Shown one piece after another: positions 29,363 to 37,810 of a stretch of DNA of 54,539 nt. Under the pieces are notes generated by a model. The model was given only the letters and a program-made list of their open reading frames with translations, ran no database searches and was not told the origin of the DNA. Position 1 is the first letter of the stretch; every line of letters begins with the position of its first letter. Both the position numbers and the translations under genes were made by a program. Source of the DNA: Myxococcales bacterium (GTDB taxonomy: Bacteria > Myxococcota_A > Polyangia > Polyangiales > Polyangiaceae); the NCBI GenBank assembly GCA_043747615.1, contig JAYTOU010000020.1, positions 1 to 54,539 on the forward strand. The letters are read 5' to 3'.

Positions 29363-29836
29363 CTACGACTGTTTCGTCAGACTCGATCTCAGAGCGGATA
29401 TTTCGCCTTCGAGTCGGCTGATCGTCAACTGCTGCTCTTGAACGACGGCAGCGATCGCCGAGGCAAAGCCATAGAGGTTCACCGAGTTCGATTCCGTCAT
29501 CGAAAAGGGTGCGCCTGGAGCGTCCTCGAGAATGAAACCGAGCTGCCGCCCCGGCTCCTCGACTTCCGGCTTGTAAAAATAACGCGCGAGCTTGAGACCG
29601 AGGACGTGGCTTGCAACCTCCTTGCGATCTGCAGCGGACAAGTAGTGGATGTCCGTCTTCACCTCGCGCGTCGACAGCGTCTTCTTCGTCGGGAGGTCGC
29701 TTGTCTTCCCTGTCTTGAGAGTCAACTCACGGACCGAGCCGAGGTGACGCATGGCGGGAGGCGTGTACGAGCGGACCGGCGCTGCCCCTTTGGTGGCGAT
29801 CGTCTCAGTCTTCGGATCTAGTTTCGCGTCGGCCAT
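29363..29836 (-). CDS. Lasso precursor (leader + core) fused to a peptidase S74 / intramolecular chaperone-like domain
   Basis: YTPPAMRHLGSVRELT leader; then STREVKTDIHYL, ARYFYK, LGFILED, VNLYG and a terminal coiled coil. Alternative start 29854. Confidence 0.8.
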   Translation of the reverse strand: MADAKLDPKTETIATKGAAPVRSYTPPAMRHLGSVRELTLKTGKTSDLPTKKTLSTREVKTDIHYLSAADRKEVASHVLGLKLARYFYKPEVEEPGRQLGFILEDAPGAPFSMTESNSVNLYGFASAIAAVVQEQQLTISRLEGEISALRSSLTKQS

Positions 29837-29954
29837 CGTCTTCCAAGCTCCCATGCTGCTTCTGTCACGAACGGTCTCTTCCGGCCTTCATCAGATGCCC
29901 AGGCTACCTGCCAGATTCAAAAAGAGCTAAGCACGTCCCGCCCGCGCGGGCAAT

Positions 29955-30575
29955 TCACGAAGCCGCCGGCAACGCGGAGGGCGCCGGAGCGCCGCTTGGG
30001 GCACGAATCCCGTTCAAAATCATATCCAGCCCAGCAAGCATCCTTCGCTCCAGCCGCTCTTCGCGGTCGGGCCCCCGGTTGTGAAATAAATACGTCGTCA
30101 GCTGCAGGTCCTGAAGCAAGCTCGCGACGGCCTCGACGTCTAAATCGACGCGAAATACGCCCTGGCGGCCGCCGAGCTTCAGCACTTCGATTACGCCGGC
30201 CGAACCGAGCGACCGCAGCTCGTGAAGGCGTTCGGCCCAGCTCGGCAAGAGCTCCGCTGTTTTCCCGAAGAGCAAATCCCGCACGAGCGGCCGGTGGTCC
30301 AGGTACGCGAGGGCCGACTTCGACATCATCGCAAGGAGCTCGTCGGCCGGGATTCGCGGGTCGATGAGCTTCGAGACCTCGGCGACCCAGGAGCGCACGT
30401 CGCGGTGGAGAACCTGGTAAAAGAGGTCCTCTTTCGACTCGCACGCCAGGTAGATCGTTCCTTTGGCGACTTTCGCCCCCTTGGCGATGTCGTCCACAGA
30501 GGCCTTCTTAAACCCAAACCGCGCGAACGCACGGGCAGCCTCGAGCAAAATACAGTCTTTTTTGGCTTGATCCAT
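29955..30575 (-). CDS. TetR/AcrR family transcriptional regulator
   Basis: ILLEAARAFARFGFKKASVDDIAKGAKVAKGTIY..SKEDLF HTH. Confidence 0.92.
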   Translation of the reverse strand: MDQAKKDCILLEAARAFARFGFKKASVDDIAKGAKVAKGTIYLACESKEDLFYQVLHRDVRSWVAEVSKLIDPRIPADELLAMMSKSALAYLDHRPLVRDLLFGKTAELLPSWAERLHELRSLGSAGVIEVLKLGGRQGVFRVDLDVEAVASLLQDLQLTTYLFHNRGPDREERLERRMLAGLDMILNGIRAPSGAPAPSALPAAS

Positions 30576-30579
30576 GGGA

Positions 30580-30602
30580 TGACCAGAATTGTATTTGAGT
30601 CA
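30580..30602. promoter_or_regulatory. Putative TetR operator overlapping a -10 box
   Basis: AT-rich TGAC-N15-GTCA (TGACCAGAATTGTATTTGAGTCA) containing minus-strand TACAAT, just upstream of tetR. Confidence 0.55.
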
Positions 30603-30641
30603 CTAAGCGCCTTGCGTCAAGGCGCGGTCTAGGAGACGGCC

Positions 30642-31145
30642 ATGTTGCGCGATCGTCGTACCCACCTTTTGGCGCTCTTCTTTTTCCTCGCGGCCTGCAA
30701 ACACCCTGCGAAAACCAAGGAATGGCCAGCCGGGATGACGGCCGAGCCCGCCGAGCAAGTCGTCGCGCGCGTGCGTGCGCCAGGCGCCGTGACGCTCTTC
30801 GTTGTTTATGCGTCGTGGTGCACGTCGTGCCGAAAGGAGCTGCCGATGATCGGTGAGCTCTCCGCCGCCTACGCCAAAAAAGGAATGCGGGTCGTCGCGA
30901 TCTCGACTGACGAAGATCCGCAGGACTTCGCGGAAATGCTCGCCGACCACCCCATGCCGTTTCCGCTCGTGCGCGTCTCGCCCCAAGGGAGTCTCCCGGC
31001 TGCGGTAAAAAGCTACGGTGGTACGTACCACGGCGTGATTCCGTACACGGCGCTCTTCGATCGCAGCGGCGCGCTCGTCAAAGAATGGCCGGAAGGAGAT
31101 GCGACGAAGCCCGCGCTCGAAGCGGCCCTCGCGTCGATCCTCTAG
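30642..31145 (+). CDS. TlpA-family thioredoxin-like lipoprotein
   Basis: LAAC lipobox, YASWCTSCRKELP, IPYT. Confidence 0.88.
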   Translation: MLRDRRTHLLALFFFLAACKHPAKTKEWPAGMTAEPAEQVVARVRAPGAVTLFVVYASWCTSCRKELPMIGELSAAYAKKGMRVVAISTDEDPQDFAEMLADHPMPFPLVRVSPQGSLPAAVKSYGGTYHGVIPYTALFDRSGALVKEWPEGDATKPALEAALASIL

Positions 31146-31170
31146 TGGTCTTGAGTCGCGGTCCTCGAGC

Positions 31171-31620
31171 TCAGTCGCGCTCTTGGAAGTCGCGATCGAG
31201 GCGAGCTTCGAGCTCCCCGGCGTCACGCTGCCAGAAGACGTCGTCGGCGAGGCCGGGAGGCGCGCCCGCCGCCCGCCCGTTTGGGTACGTCGCTTGGGCG
31301 AGCGCTTTTGTCGTTGCAACTTTTCCGAGCGCGTCCGAGAGCGGCGTCTCGCCGGCGTCGACGCTCTTCAGCAACTTGCATCGGTAGTTGCCGCATCTCG
31401 TCGGCCTTTCGGCGTACGCGTTGCAGCGCGCACCATCGAAGCAGGCGCACGGCTGAAGGAACGCGCGGCTCTCGCCCTTGTCGATGAGGGGAAGCTGCAA
31501 TCGCTCAGCCCACGCAAGCTCGCTTGGCTCGAGCCGCACCCAGGAAAACAGCATCCCGTCGCAGCACATACCGCACGACGCGCACAGTCTTTCGCCCGCG
31601 CTCAAAAGGCGAGGCTCCAC
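31171..31620 (-). CDS. YkgJ-family CxxCxxCC cysteine-cluster protein
   Basis: CASCGMCCDG...PCAC...CNAYAERPTRCGNYRC. Confidence 0.8.
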   Translation of the reverse strand: MEPRLLSAGERLCASCGMCCDGMLFSWVRLEPSELAWAERLQLPLIDKGESRAFLQPCACFDGARCNAYAERPTRCGNYRCKLLKSVDAGETPLSDALGKVATTKALAQATYPNGRAAGAPPGLADDVFWQRDAGELEARLDRDFQERD

Positions 31621-32558
31621 TTGTCGCGCAAGTAACTTTCAACGCGCGTGCGCGGGCCATCACCGAGCGTCGCGTTGTAATAGAGCACCTCGGCTACGTT
31701 CGCGTTTGCGAGCTGCATGCCGGAGTAGTGGCAACCAATCGTGAATACGTCGGCGGCGGGCATCGCATCGGCAAAATACGACGCCTGCTCGACGAGCTTT
31801 CCGTTTCTCCAGGTTTGCGCGCCGCCGAGGACGTTCGGTGCGAGCCGCGCGGTGATCACGTCGTACGCAGTGAGGTCGTGCGCCACTCGCACCAACACGG
31901 TTTGTTCGCCGGTCACGAGAAAGCGGAAGTCCGGTGACGGTGCTGCGGGCGCGTTGTCGTACGGAAAAACGAGGACGCTCGGGAGCGCCCCTTGAAAGCG
32001 GAGAAGCGACTCGGGAGCGCCCTGGGTGACGGCGAAAATTGTCGCGGCAACGCCGCCCGGTGCTCCAGTCCACGTCGTCGTCAGGCACGTTTGCCGCGCG
32101 CGCTCGAACGACACCACGGGTTTTCCGGCAAGAGAGTTGGCGACGAGGACGGGACGCTCGCTTGCAACCCCTTGAGCTCCGCCGTGACCGTGACCGGAGA
32201 GATCTTCCCACACGACGACGCCGTTGTTCGGCCCGGCGTCCTCTCGGGAAGCGGCATCGCCCGCGTCGGGGAACGCCACGGTCACCCCGCGATCAGCAGC
32301 CAACCACAGCTGTAGGTCGCCGGGCGCGAAGACATCGAACGCCAAGCCGTCCTTCACTTGCCCATCGGGCTCGATCACGTCCGGCATGTCTGTGGCGTCG
32401 TCCGCTGCGGCGGCGTCGGCGGACACGCCAGCCTCTTCGGCGAGCTTCGCGTCGTCGAACTGAGCGCCGATCAGTTGCGCGCATCCGGCACACGCAACGA
32501 GAGCAACGAACACGCTCCGCTTCAACGCGCTCAGGTGCCGCGCAGGCGATCGGCGCAT
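31602..32558 (-). CDS. Lipoprotein with LamG/concanavalin-like domain
   Basis: AGC lipobox; LQLWLAAD, WEDLSGHG, AEVLYYN, VESYLRDKW. Confidence 0.7.
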   Translation of the reverse strand: MRRSPARHLSALKRSVFVALVACAGCAQLIGAQFDDAKLAEEAGVSADAAAADDATDMPDVIEPDGQVKDGLAFDVFAPGDLQLWLAADRGVTVAFPDAGDAASREDAGPNNGVVVWEDLSGHGHGGAQGVASERPVLVANSLAGKPVVSFERARQTCLTTTWTGAPGGVAATIFAVTQGAPESLLRFQGALPSVLVFPYDNAPAAPSPDFRFLVTGEQTVLVRVAHDLTAYDVITARLAPNVLGGAQTWRNGKLVEQASYFADAMPAADVFTIGCHYSGMQLANANVAEVLYYNATLGDGPRTRVESYLRDKWSLAF

Positions 32559-33527
32559 TTAGAAGCTCCTGCGAAGCGTAAAGCTCGCGCCGCCCGGGAA
32601 AGCAACGGGAGCGAGCGTCGTCTGCTGCAGCGTGTGGGGGTTGGCGAACACCAGGTATATGCCGGCGCCGGTAGCAACGAGCCCTGCGGCAAGGGTGATG
32701 GTGCTCACGGTGGCGAGCCGCTTTCCCGATTGCGCGGCGTCGTAGCCAGCGCGGTTGCAGACGTTGTCCGTCGAGCAATTGCCGGCGCGGGTAGACTCGC
32801 GATCGATCGCAAAGAGACCGGTCACACTTCCCACCCAGATACTTGCCAGCCCAAGCCCGCCGGCGACGAAGCCTATTGTGCGCAGAGTCGTCGAGCGCTG
32901 CTCGCGCGCTTCGGGGGTCACGGTCGGCGCCGCTTCCACGAACGTCGGCACCGCGGCCTCGAGCGGAGGACCGGGCCACACCGTGAGCGCGCGTGCTTCG
33001 CCTTCTCTCAAGCTCACGCCTTGACGCGACCCGCGGTACCCGACCCCCGTCACGACGACCACGTGGTTGCCTGGCGCGAGCAAGATCGGCGTCGCGAGCT
33101 TCGTGTCATCGATCACGTCGTCGTCCACTTTGATTTTTGTTCCCGACGGCGCGCCGTCACCAAGGCGAAGCTGAAGACGAGGGGCGTTCTTCTCGATCGC
33201 GGCGATTCGATCTTTTACGAGCGTGAGGCGATCGTCAGTCACCGAGAGGCTCGAGAACGCCTTCTCGTAGTAGTCGCGGGCCAGACTGGGGTGACCCAAG
33301 TGCTCCTCACAATCGCCGAGGTTGATCAGCGTCCCCACCGCGGACTCGAGGCGATAGCTCTCTTTGAAGAGGCTGCACGCGGTCGAATATTGACCAAGCG
33401 CCGTGGCCTGGCGCCCAAGCCCGAAGTTGCGCTCGGCCTCGGACTTCCCCTGCCCGGAAGCAACACTGGCCGAGAGGACGATCGCTCCGGCGACGGCCAC
33501 GCAAATTACTTCCGACGATCGAGCCAA
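32559..33527 (-). CDS. Exported TPR + PEGA-like protein with hydrophobic hairpin and C-terminal Phe
   Basis: ACSLFKESYRL..GTLINLGDCEE; PGNHVVVV; ends GASFTLRRSF. Confidence 0.72.
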   Translation of the reverse strand: MARSSEVICVAVAGAIVLSASVASGQGKSEAERNFGLGRQATALGQYSTACSLFKESYRLESAVGTLINLGDCEEHLGHPSLARDYYEKAFSSLSVTDDRLTLVKDRIAAIEKNAPRLQLRLGDGAPSGTKIKVDDDVIDDTKLATPILLAPGNHVVVVTGVGYRGSRQGVSLREGEARALTVWPGPPLEAAVPTFVEAAPTVTPEAREQRSTTLRTIGFVAGGLGLASIWVGSVTGLFAIDRESTRAGNCSTDNVCNRAGYDAAQSGKRLATVSTITLAAGLVATGAGIYLVFANPHTLQQTTLAPVAFPGGASFTLRRSF

Positions 33528-34831
33528 GATTTTTCCACGGACGGGGTGGGCGGAATTTTTCCGCGATGAGGCTTGGCCACGGGCCTTGCAGACGACGACG
33601 GCGATGTCGCGGCGGCACCGAGATCCTGGAACGGGGCGGTCTCCGGCTGCCCCGAAGGCACGTCCGGAGGCGGCGGCGCAGGTGCGGCGATGGACGCGAT
33701 TGACCTTGCGGCGACGGACGCGGTGGGGCGGAACCGGACGAACGCGGCAGCAGCGACGAGGAGCGCGACTCCCACTCCAGCGGCGAGAACGAACACGAGC
33801 GCGCGACTGGACGTGCGGGGGCCGACCACGACACCGCTCTGCGTGAGAGTCGGGAGCGGCGGGCGGTCAGTGACATCGTTCCTCTCACCGGCGGCGACGG
33901 CGAGTCTCATCATGCTTGAGTCAGAATGGGAGAAAGCGTTGTCGGTCGGGGCCGCGACCTTCGCCCCTGCTTGTCGAAGCGCGTAGTGCATCGCCCGCGC
34001 ACTCGACCATCGCTGCCCCTTGTCGAACTGTAGAGCGCGATCGACGAGCTCCACGATGTCCGGTGGAGTCTCCGGCGCGAAGAACGCGATCGACGGCGCG
34101 GGGCGGGTGGCAGCGGCTACGAGGATCTCGTTCGCCGTGTTGTAGTCGTGTACGAGACGACCACTGAGCAGCGTGAAGAGCGTCGCTCCGACGGCCCACA
34201 CGTCGGACAGCGCGTCGACCTCGGGCATTCGACCGAGAGCTTGCTCCGGCGGCATGAAGGCAGGCGTACCCATCGCCCCCGCGGTGAGCCCCGCGGCGGA
34301 CTTCGTGCCGCTCTGCAAGCTTGCGATTCCGAAGTCGAGCACCCTGGTCGCGCGATCACGGGTAATGAAAATATTTTCGGGTTTGATGTCCCGATGCACC
34401 ACGCCAGCTGCGTGCGCTGCCGCGAGAATGTCGAGCAGCTCTTCGCCAATCTTAAGGACGTCGTGAAGCGGGAGCCGACCTCCGAGGCGCGCGGCGCGAT
34501 CCGCGGCCGTCTCCCCTTCCAGGAGATCCATGACCAGGAACACCGCACCGTCGTCGGTCTTGTCGTCATCGAGGACCCGGACGACGCCCGGGTGGTTGAC
34601 GGTGTTTGCGACGTAGCCTTCTCGCTGAAACCGCGTCCGAAGGCTGACGTCCACGCATAGCTGCACGTGGAGAATTTTGACGGCGACGCGATTTCCGTTT
34701 CGGTGCGTCGCCGCGTACACCGCAGCCATCCCGCCGACGCCAATCAGCGAATCGATGCGCCATTTCCGCTTCAGGGTCGTCCCGATGCGTGCGTCGACGA
34801 TATCGACGACTGCGGGATCTAGGTTCGACAT
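33506..34831 (-). CDS. Membrane Ser/Thr protein kinase
   Basis: IGVGGMAAV, VAVK, HRDIKPEN, DFG, FMPPE; TM helix and Pro-rich tail. Confidence 0.93.
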   Translation of the reverse strand: MSNLDPAVVDIVDARIGTTLKRKWRIDSLIGVGGMAAVYAATHRNGNRVAVKILHVQLCVDVSLRTRFQREGYVANTVNHPGVVRVLDDDKTDDGAVFLVMDLLEGETAADRAARLGGRLPLHDVLKIGEELLDILAAAHAAGVVHRDIKPENIFITRDRATRVLDFGIASLQSGTKSAAGLTAGAMGTPAFMPPEQALGRMPEVDALSDVWAVGATLFTLLSGRLVHDYNTANEILVAAATRPAPSIAFFAPETPPDIVELVDRALQFDKGQRWSSARAMHYALRQAGAKVAAPTDNAFSHSDSSMMRLAVAAGERNDVTDRPPLPTLTQSGVVVGPRTSSRALVFVLAAGVGVALLVAAAAFVRFRPTASVAARSIASIAAPAPPPPDVPSGQPETAPFQDLGAAATSPSSSARPVAKPHRGKIPPTPSVEKSWLDRRK

Positions 34832-35000
34832 ACTGCCCTGCGACGATATCACGGACCCTCGTTCAACCGCCCAACGCCCCTCCGGGTGGGAGCTGCGCGT
34901 ACGCCCTCCCTCATCTCACTGGCCCGAGCGCGGTCCCCTGGTGAACGCCTCTCTGTTCACGGTCGCCCCGCTTTTTTGGTGCGATCCAGGCGCGCTAGCT

Positions 35001-35015
35001 TGGCGCCAATATTGC
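35001..35015 (+). promoter_or_regulatory. Putative sigma-54 (-24/-12) promoter
   Basis: TGGCGC-CAATA-TTGC with GG-N10-GC spacing, 21 nt before GTG 35037. Confidence 0.5.
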
Positions 35016-35036
35016 GATCACGGTACTCGAGCTTAC

Positions 35037-36404
35037 GTGAGTGAACTTATTCCTGGGTTGATGGTGACCAGCACGGTCCGTCTCGAGCGCCCCCTCGGCG
35101 AAGGCGGGATGGGCAGCGTTTGGGTTGCCGAGCACCTAGCGCTGAAGACCACCGTGGTCGTGAAGTTCATGTCGAAGGAGCTCGCGGCGAACGCCGACGC
35201 GGTGGAGCGGTTCTCGCGCGAAGCGGCCGCGGCCGCGCAAGTAAAGAGCCCTCACGTCGTCCACACCCTCGACTACGGCGTGACGGCCGAGAACGTTCCA
35301 TACATCGTGATGGAGCTGCTCGACGGTCACGATCTCGGCGCCCAGCTCGTGCTAACTCCGGTTCTTTCACCGCGCGACGTCGCAGGCATCATCGGCCAAG
35401 CCGCCAAGGCGCTCGCTCGGGCGCACGCCGTGGGGATCGTTCATCGCGACATCAAGCCGGACAATATTTTTCTCTGCGATGCCGATGGCGGCGACGTCTT
35501 CGTGAAGCTGCTCGATTTCGGGATCGCAAAATCGACCCAGGCGCTCGGCACTGGAACGCGCACGGGCAGCATCATCGGGACGCCCTCGTACATGAGCCCG
35601 GAGCAGATCACTGGCGCGAAGATCGATCATCGCACCGACCTATGGTCCCTTGGCGCGGTGGCGTTCGAGGCGATGACGGGCAAAAAACCGTACGACGGCG
35701 ACAACGTCGGAGCGATCGCCCTCTCGATCCACGGAGTTCAACCCGTGCCGTCGGCTCTAAACCCGGCGCTCTCGCCCGCCATCGATGCCTGGTTTGCGCG
35801 GGCCTGCGCGGTCGATGTGCAGAGCCGCTTCTCTTCGGCCAAAGAGCTCGCGCAAAGCCTTGCCGAAGCCGTCTCTGGCGCTGCGAGCGTCCCGCGCATC
35901 CTCTCGCTCCGTCCGGAGCGGATGATCACCGGGCCGGCAACGTCGGAGCTTGGCTCGCGTCAGCGCCCCGCTACCCAGCTCGCCGCAAGCATCGCCCCCG
36001 CCGACGATGCGCCGGCACGCTCCCCGAAAAGGATCGCGGCCGCGGTGGGCGGCTTGGCGATGCTCCTTGGCGTGATCGCCACCGTCACTCTCCTCGGGGG
36101 GACCCCACGTGCAACCGGCGTCTCTCCGCTCAGCGCCGCTGCGGTCGGCGCTGCTCCAGCGACGTTCGCACCTCCGTCGACGTCGGTGACCGCAGCAACG
36201 ACGGCGATCGCAATCCCCGAGCCGCCGCCCGTGATCGTTCCGCCGGTCGCCAGCACCCCGATCGCCCCGATCGCGCCGAACGCTGGGAAGCCGAAACACC
36301 CAGACCCTCCGAAGCCCCCACCGAGTGCGATCGCGCCGCTCGTAAAGCCGCCACCCGCTGAGGCATCGGCAAAAGCTCGGGCGATCGACGACGACATCAA
36401 GTGA
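35037..36404 (+). CDS. Membrane Ser/Thr protein kinase
   Basis: LGEGGMGSV, HRDIKPDN, DFG, YMSPE; TM helix and Pro-rich tail. Confidence 0.92.
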   Translation: MSELIPGLMVTSTVRLERPLGEGGMGSVWVAEHLALKTTVVVKFMSKELAANADAVERFSREAAAAAQVKSPHVVHTLDYGVTAENVPYIVMELLDGHDLGAQLVLTPVLSPRDVAGIIGQAAKALARAHAVGIVHRDIKPDNIFLCDADGGDVFVKLLDFGIAKSTQALGTGTRTGSIIGTPSYMSPEQITGAKIDHRTDLWSLGAVAFEAMTGKKPYDGDNVGAIALSIHGVQPVPSALNPALSPAIDAWFARACAVDVQSRFSSAKELAQSLAEAVSGAASVPRILSLRPERMITGPATSELGSRQRPATQLAASIAPADDAPARSPKRIAAAVGGLAMLLGVIATVTLLGGTPRATGVSPLSAAAVGAAPATFAPPSTSVTAATTAIAIPEPPPVIVPPVASTPIAPIAPNAGKPKHPDPPKPPPSAIAPLVKPPPAEASAKARAIDDDIK

Positions 36405-36434
36405 GCCGCAGCCGCGTGCTAACCTTTGCCGTCC

Positions 36435-37706
36435 ATGGACAGCGTCCGTCACCTCGTCATCGGCGCCGGGATTAGCGGCCTCGCCACTGCCGCGTTTCTT
36501 CGCGACCCCGACTACCTCGTCCTCGAAGCGGACCGCGAAATCGGCGGCTACTGCAAGACGATCACGCGCGACGGATTCACGTGGGACTACTCCGGTCACT
36601 TCTTTCACTTCAAGCATCCGGACATCGAAGCCTGGCTGCGGGAGCGGATGGCGGCGCAGGTCGTTCGCACCATCGCGAAGCTCAGCTTCATTTCCTACGG
36701 CGGCTCGCTGATCGATTTTCCGTTTCAGAAAAATATTCACCAGCTCCCTCAGCCCGAGTTCGTCGAGTGCCTCTACGACCTGTATTTTGCGCAGACGGGG
36801 AAGGACAAGGCGCCGGAGACGAGCTTCAAGGAGATGCTCTACGCGCGCTTCGGGCGGGGCATCGCCGAAAAATTTCTCATCCCCTACAACGAGAAGCTCT
36901 ACGCGTGCGATCTCGGAACGCTCGACAAAGACGCCATGGGGCGCTTTTTTCCCCACGCCGACCTCACCGACATCATTCGCAACATGCGCGTCGCCGACAA
37001 CGCGACGTACAACGCAAACTTCACCTATCCCGAAGGTGGCGCGATCGAATACGTGAAGGCCTTGGCGAGCGCGGTGCGTCCGGAGGCCATCTCTGTCGGA
37101 GAGGAGCTCGTGGCGATCGACCTACGTCGTCGCGTCGCAACGACGAACAAGCGCGAAATTCGCTTCGAGCGAATGATCACCTCGGCGCCTTTCAATCGCC
37201 TCGTGAAGATGGCGGGTCTTCCCCACGACGAGGCGTCCTTCACCTGGAACAAGGTGCTCGTCTTCAATCTCGGCTTCGACAAGAAGGGGGCAACCGGGCG
37301 GCACTGGGTTTACTACCCGGGGCGCGACGTCTCTTTTTATCGCATCGGTTACTACGACAACATTTTCGATACCGCGCGCCTCAGTCTTTACGTGGAGCTC
37401 GGCTTCGCCCGAGACGCCAAGCTCGACAGCGACGAGATCGAGCGGCTGCGCGGCGTAGTTCTCCGAGATCTAAAGGCAGCAGGCGTCATCTCCGATCACC
37501 GCTTGGTGGCTCATCACTCGGTGGTCATGGATCCGGCCTACGTGCACATCACGCGGTCGTCGCTGGCCGAGCACACGCGGCTTTCCCGCATTTTGAAGGC
37601 AAACGGCGTCTACGCGCTCGGCCGTTACGGCGGCTGGACCTACTGCTCCATCGAAGACAACATCGTCGAAGCGCGCGCGCTCGCCGCCGACTTAGACGCG
37701 GGATGA
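36435..37706 (+). CDS. FAD-dependent protein, UDP-galactopyranose mutase / amine-oxidase-like
   Basis: [39 protein letters not shown]. Confidence 0.75.
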   Translation: MDSVRHLVIGAGISGLATAAFLRDPDYLVLEADREIGGYCKTITRDGFTWDYSGHFFHFKHPDIEAWLRERMAAQVVRTIAKLSFISYGGSLIDFPFQKNIHQLPQPEFVECLYDLYFAQTGKDKAPETSFKEMLYARFGRGIAEKFLIPYNEKLYACDLGTLDKDAMGRFFPHADLTDIIRNMRVADNATYNANFTYPEGGAIEYVKALASAVRPEAISVGEELVAIDLRRRVATTNKREIRFERMITSAPFNRLVKMAGLPHDEASFTWNKVLVFNLGFDKKGATGRHWVYYPGRDVSFYRIGYYDNIFDTARLSLYVELGFARDAKLDSDEIERLRGVVLRDLKAAGVISDHRLVAHHSVVMDPAYVHITRSSLAEHTRLSRILKANGVYALGRYGGWTYCSIEDNIVEARALAADLDAG

Positions 37707-37810
37707 TCACATGTGCCTCCCTCCACGCGCGAGGCGTTACGCGAACACGCGACGGCGAACGCACCAAAGCTCAAGCCCGTTGGCGAAAGCGGGCGTAGAC
37801 CGCGCCACGC

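Noticed and set aside
29363..29674. Prophage tail-fibre remnant
   Set aside because: No phage genes are nearby, and the domain is in frame with a lasso leader at the head of the operon.
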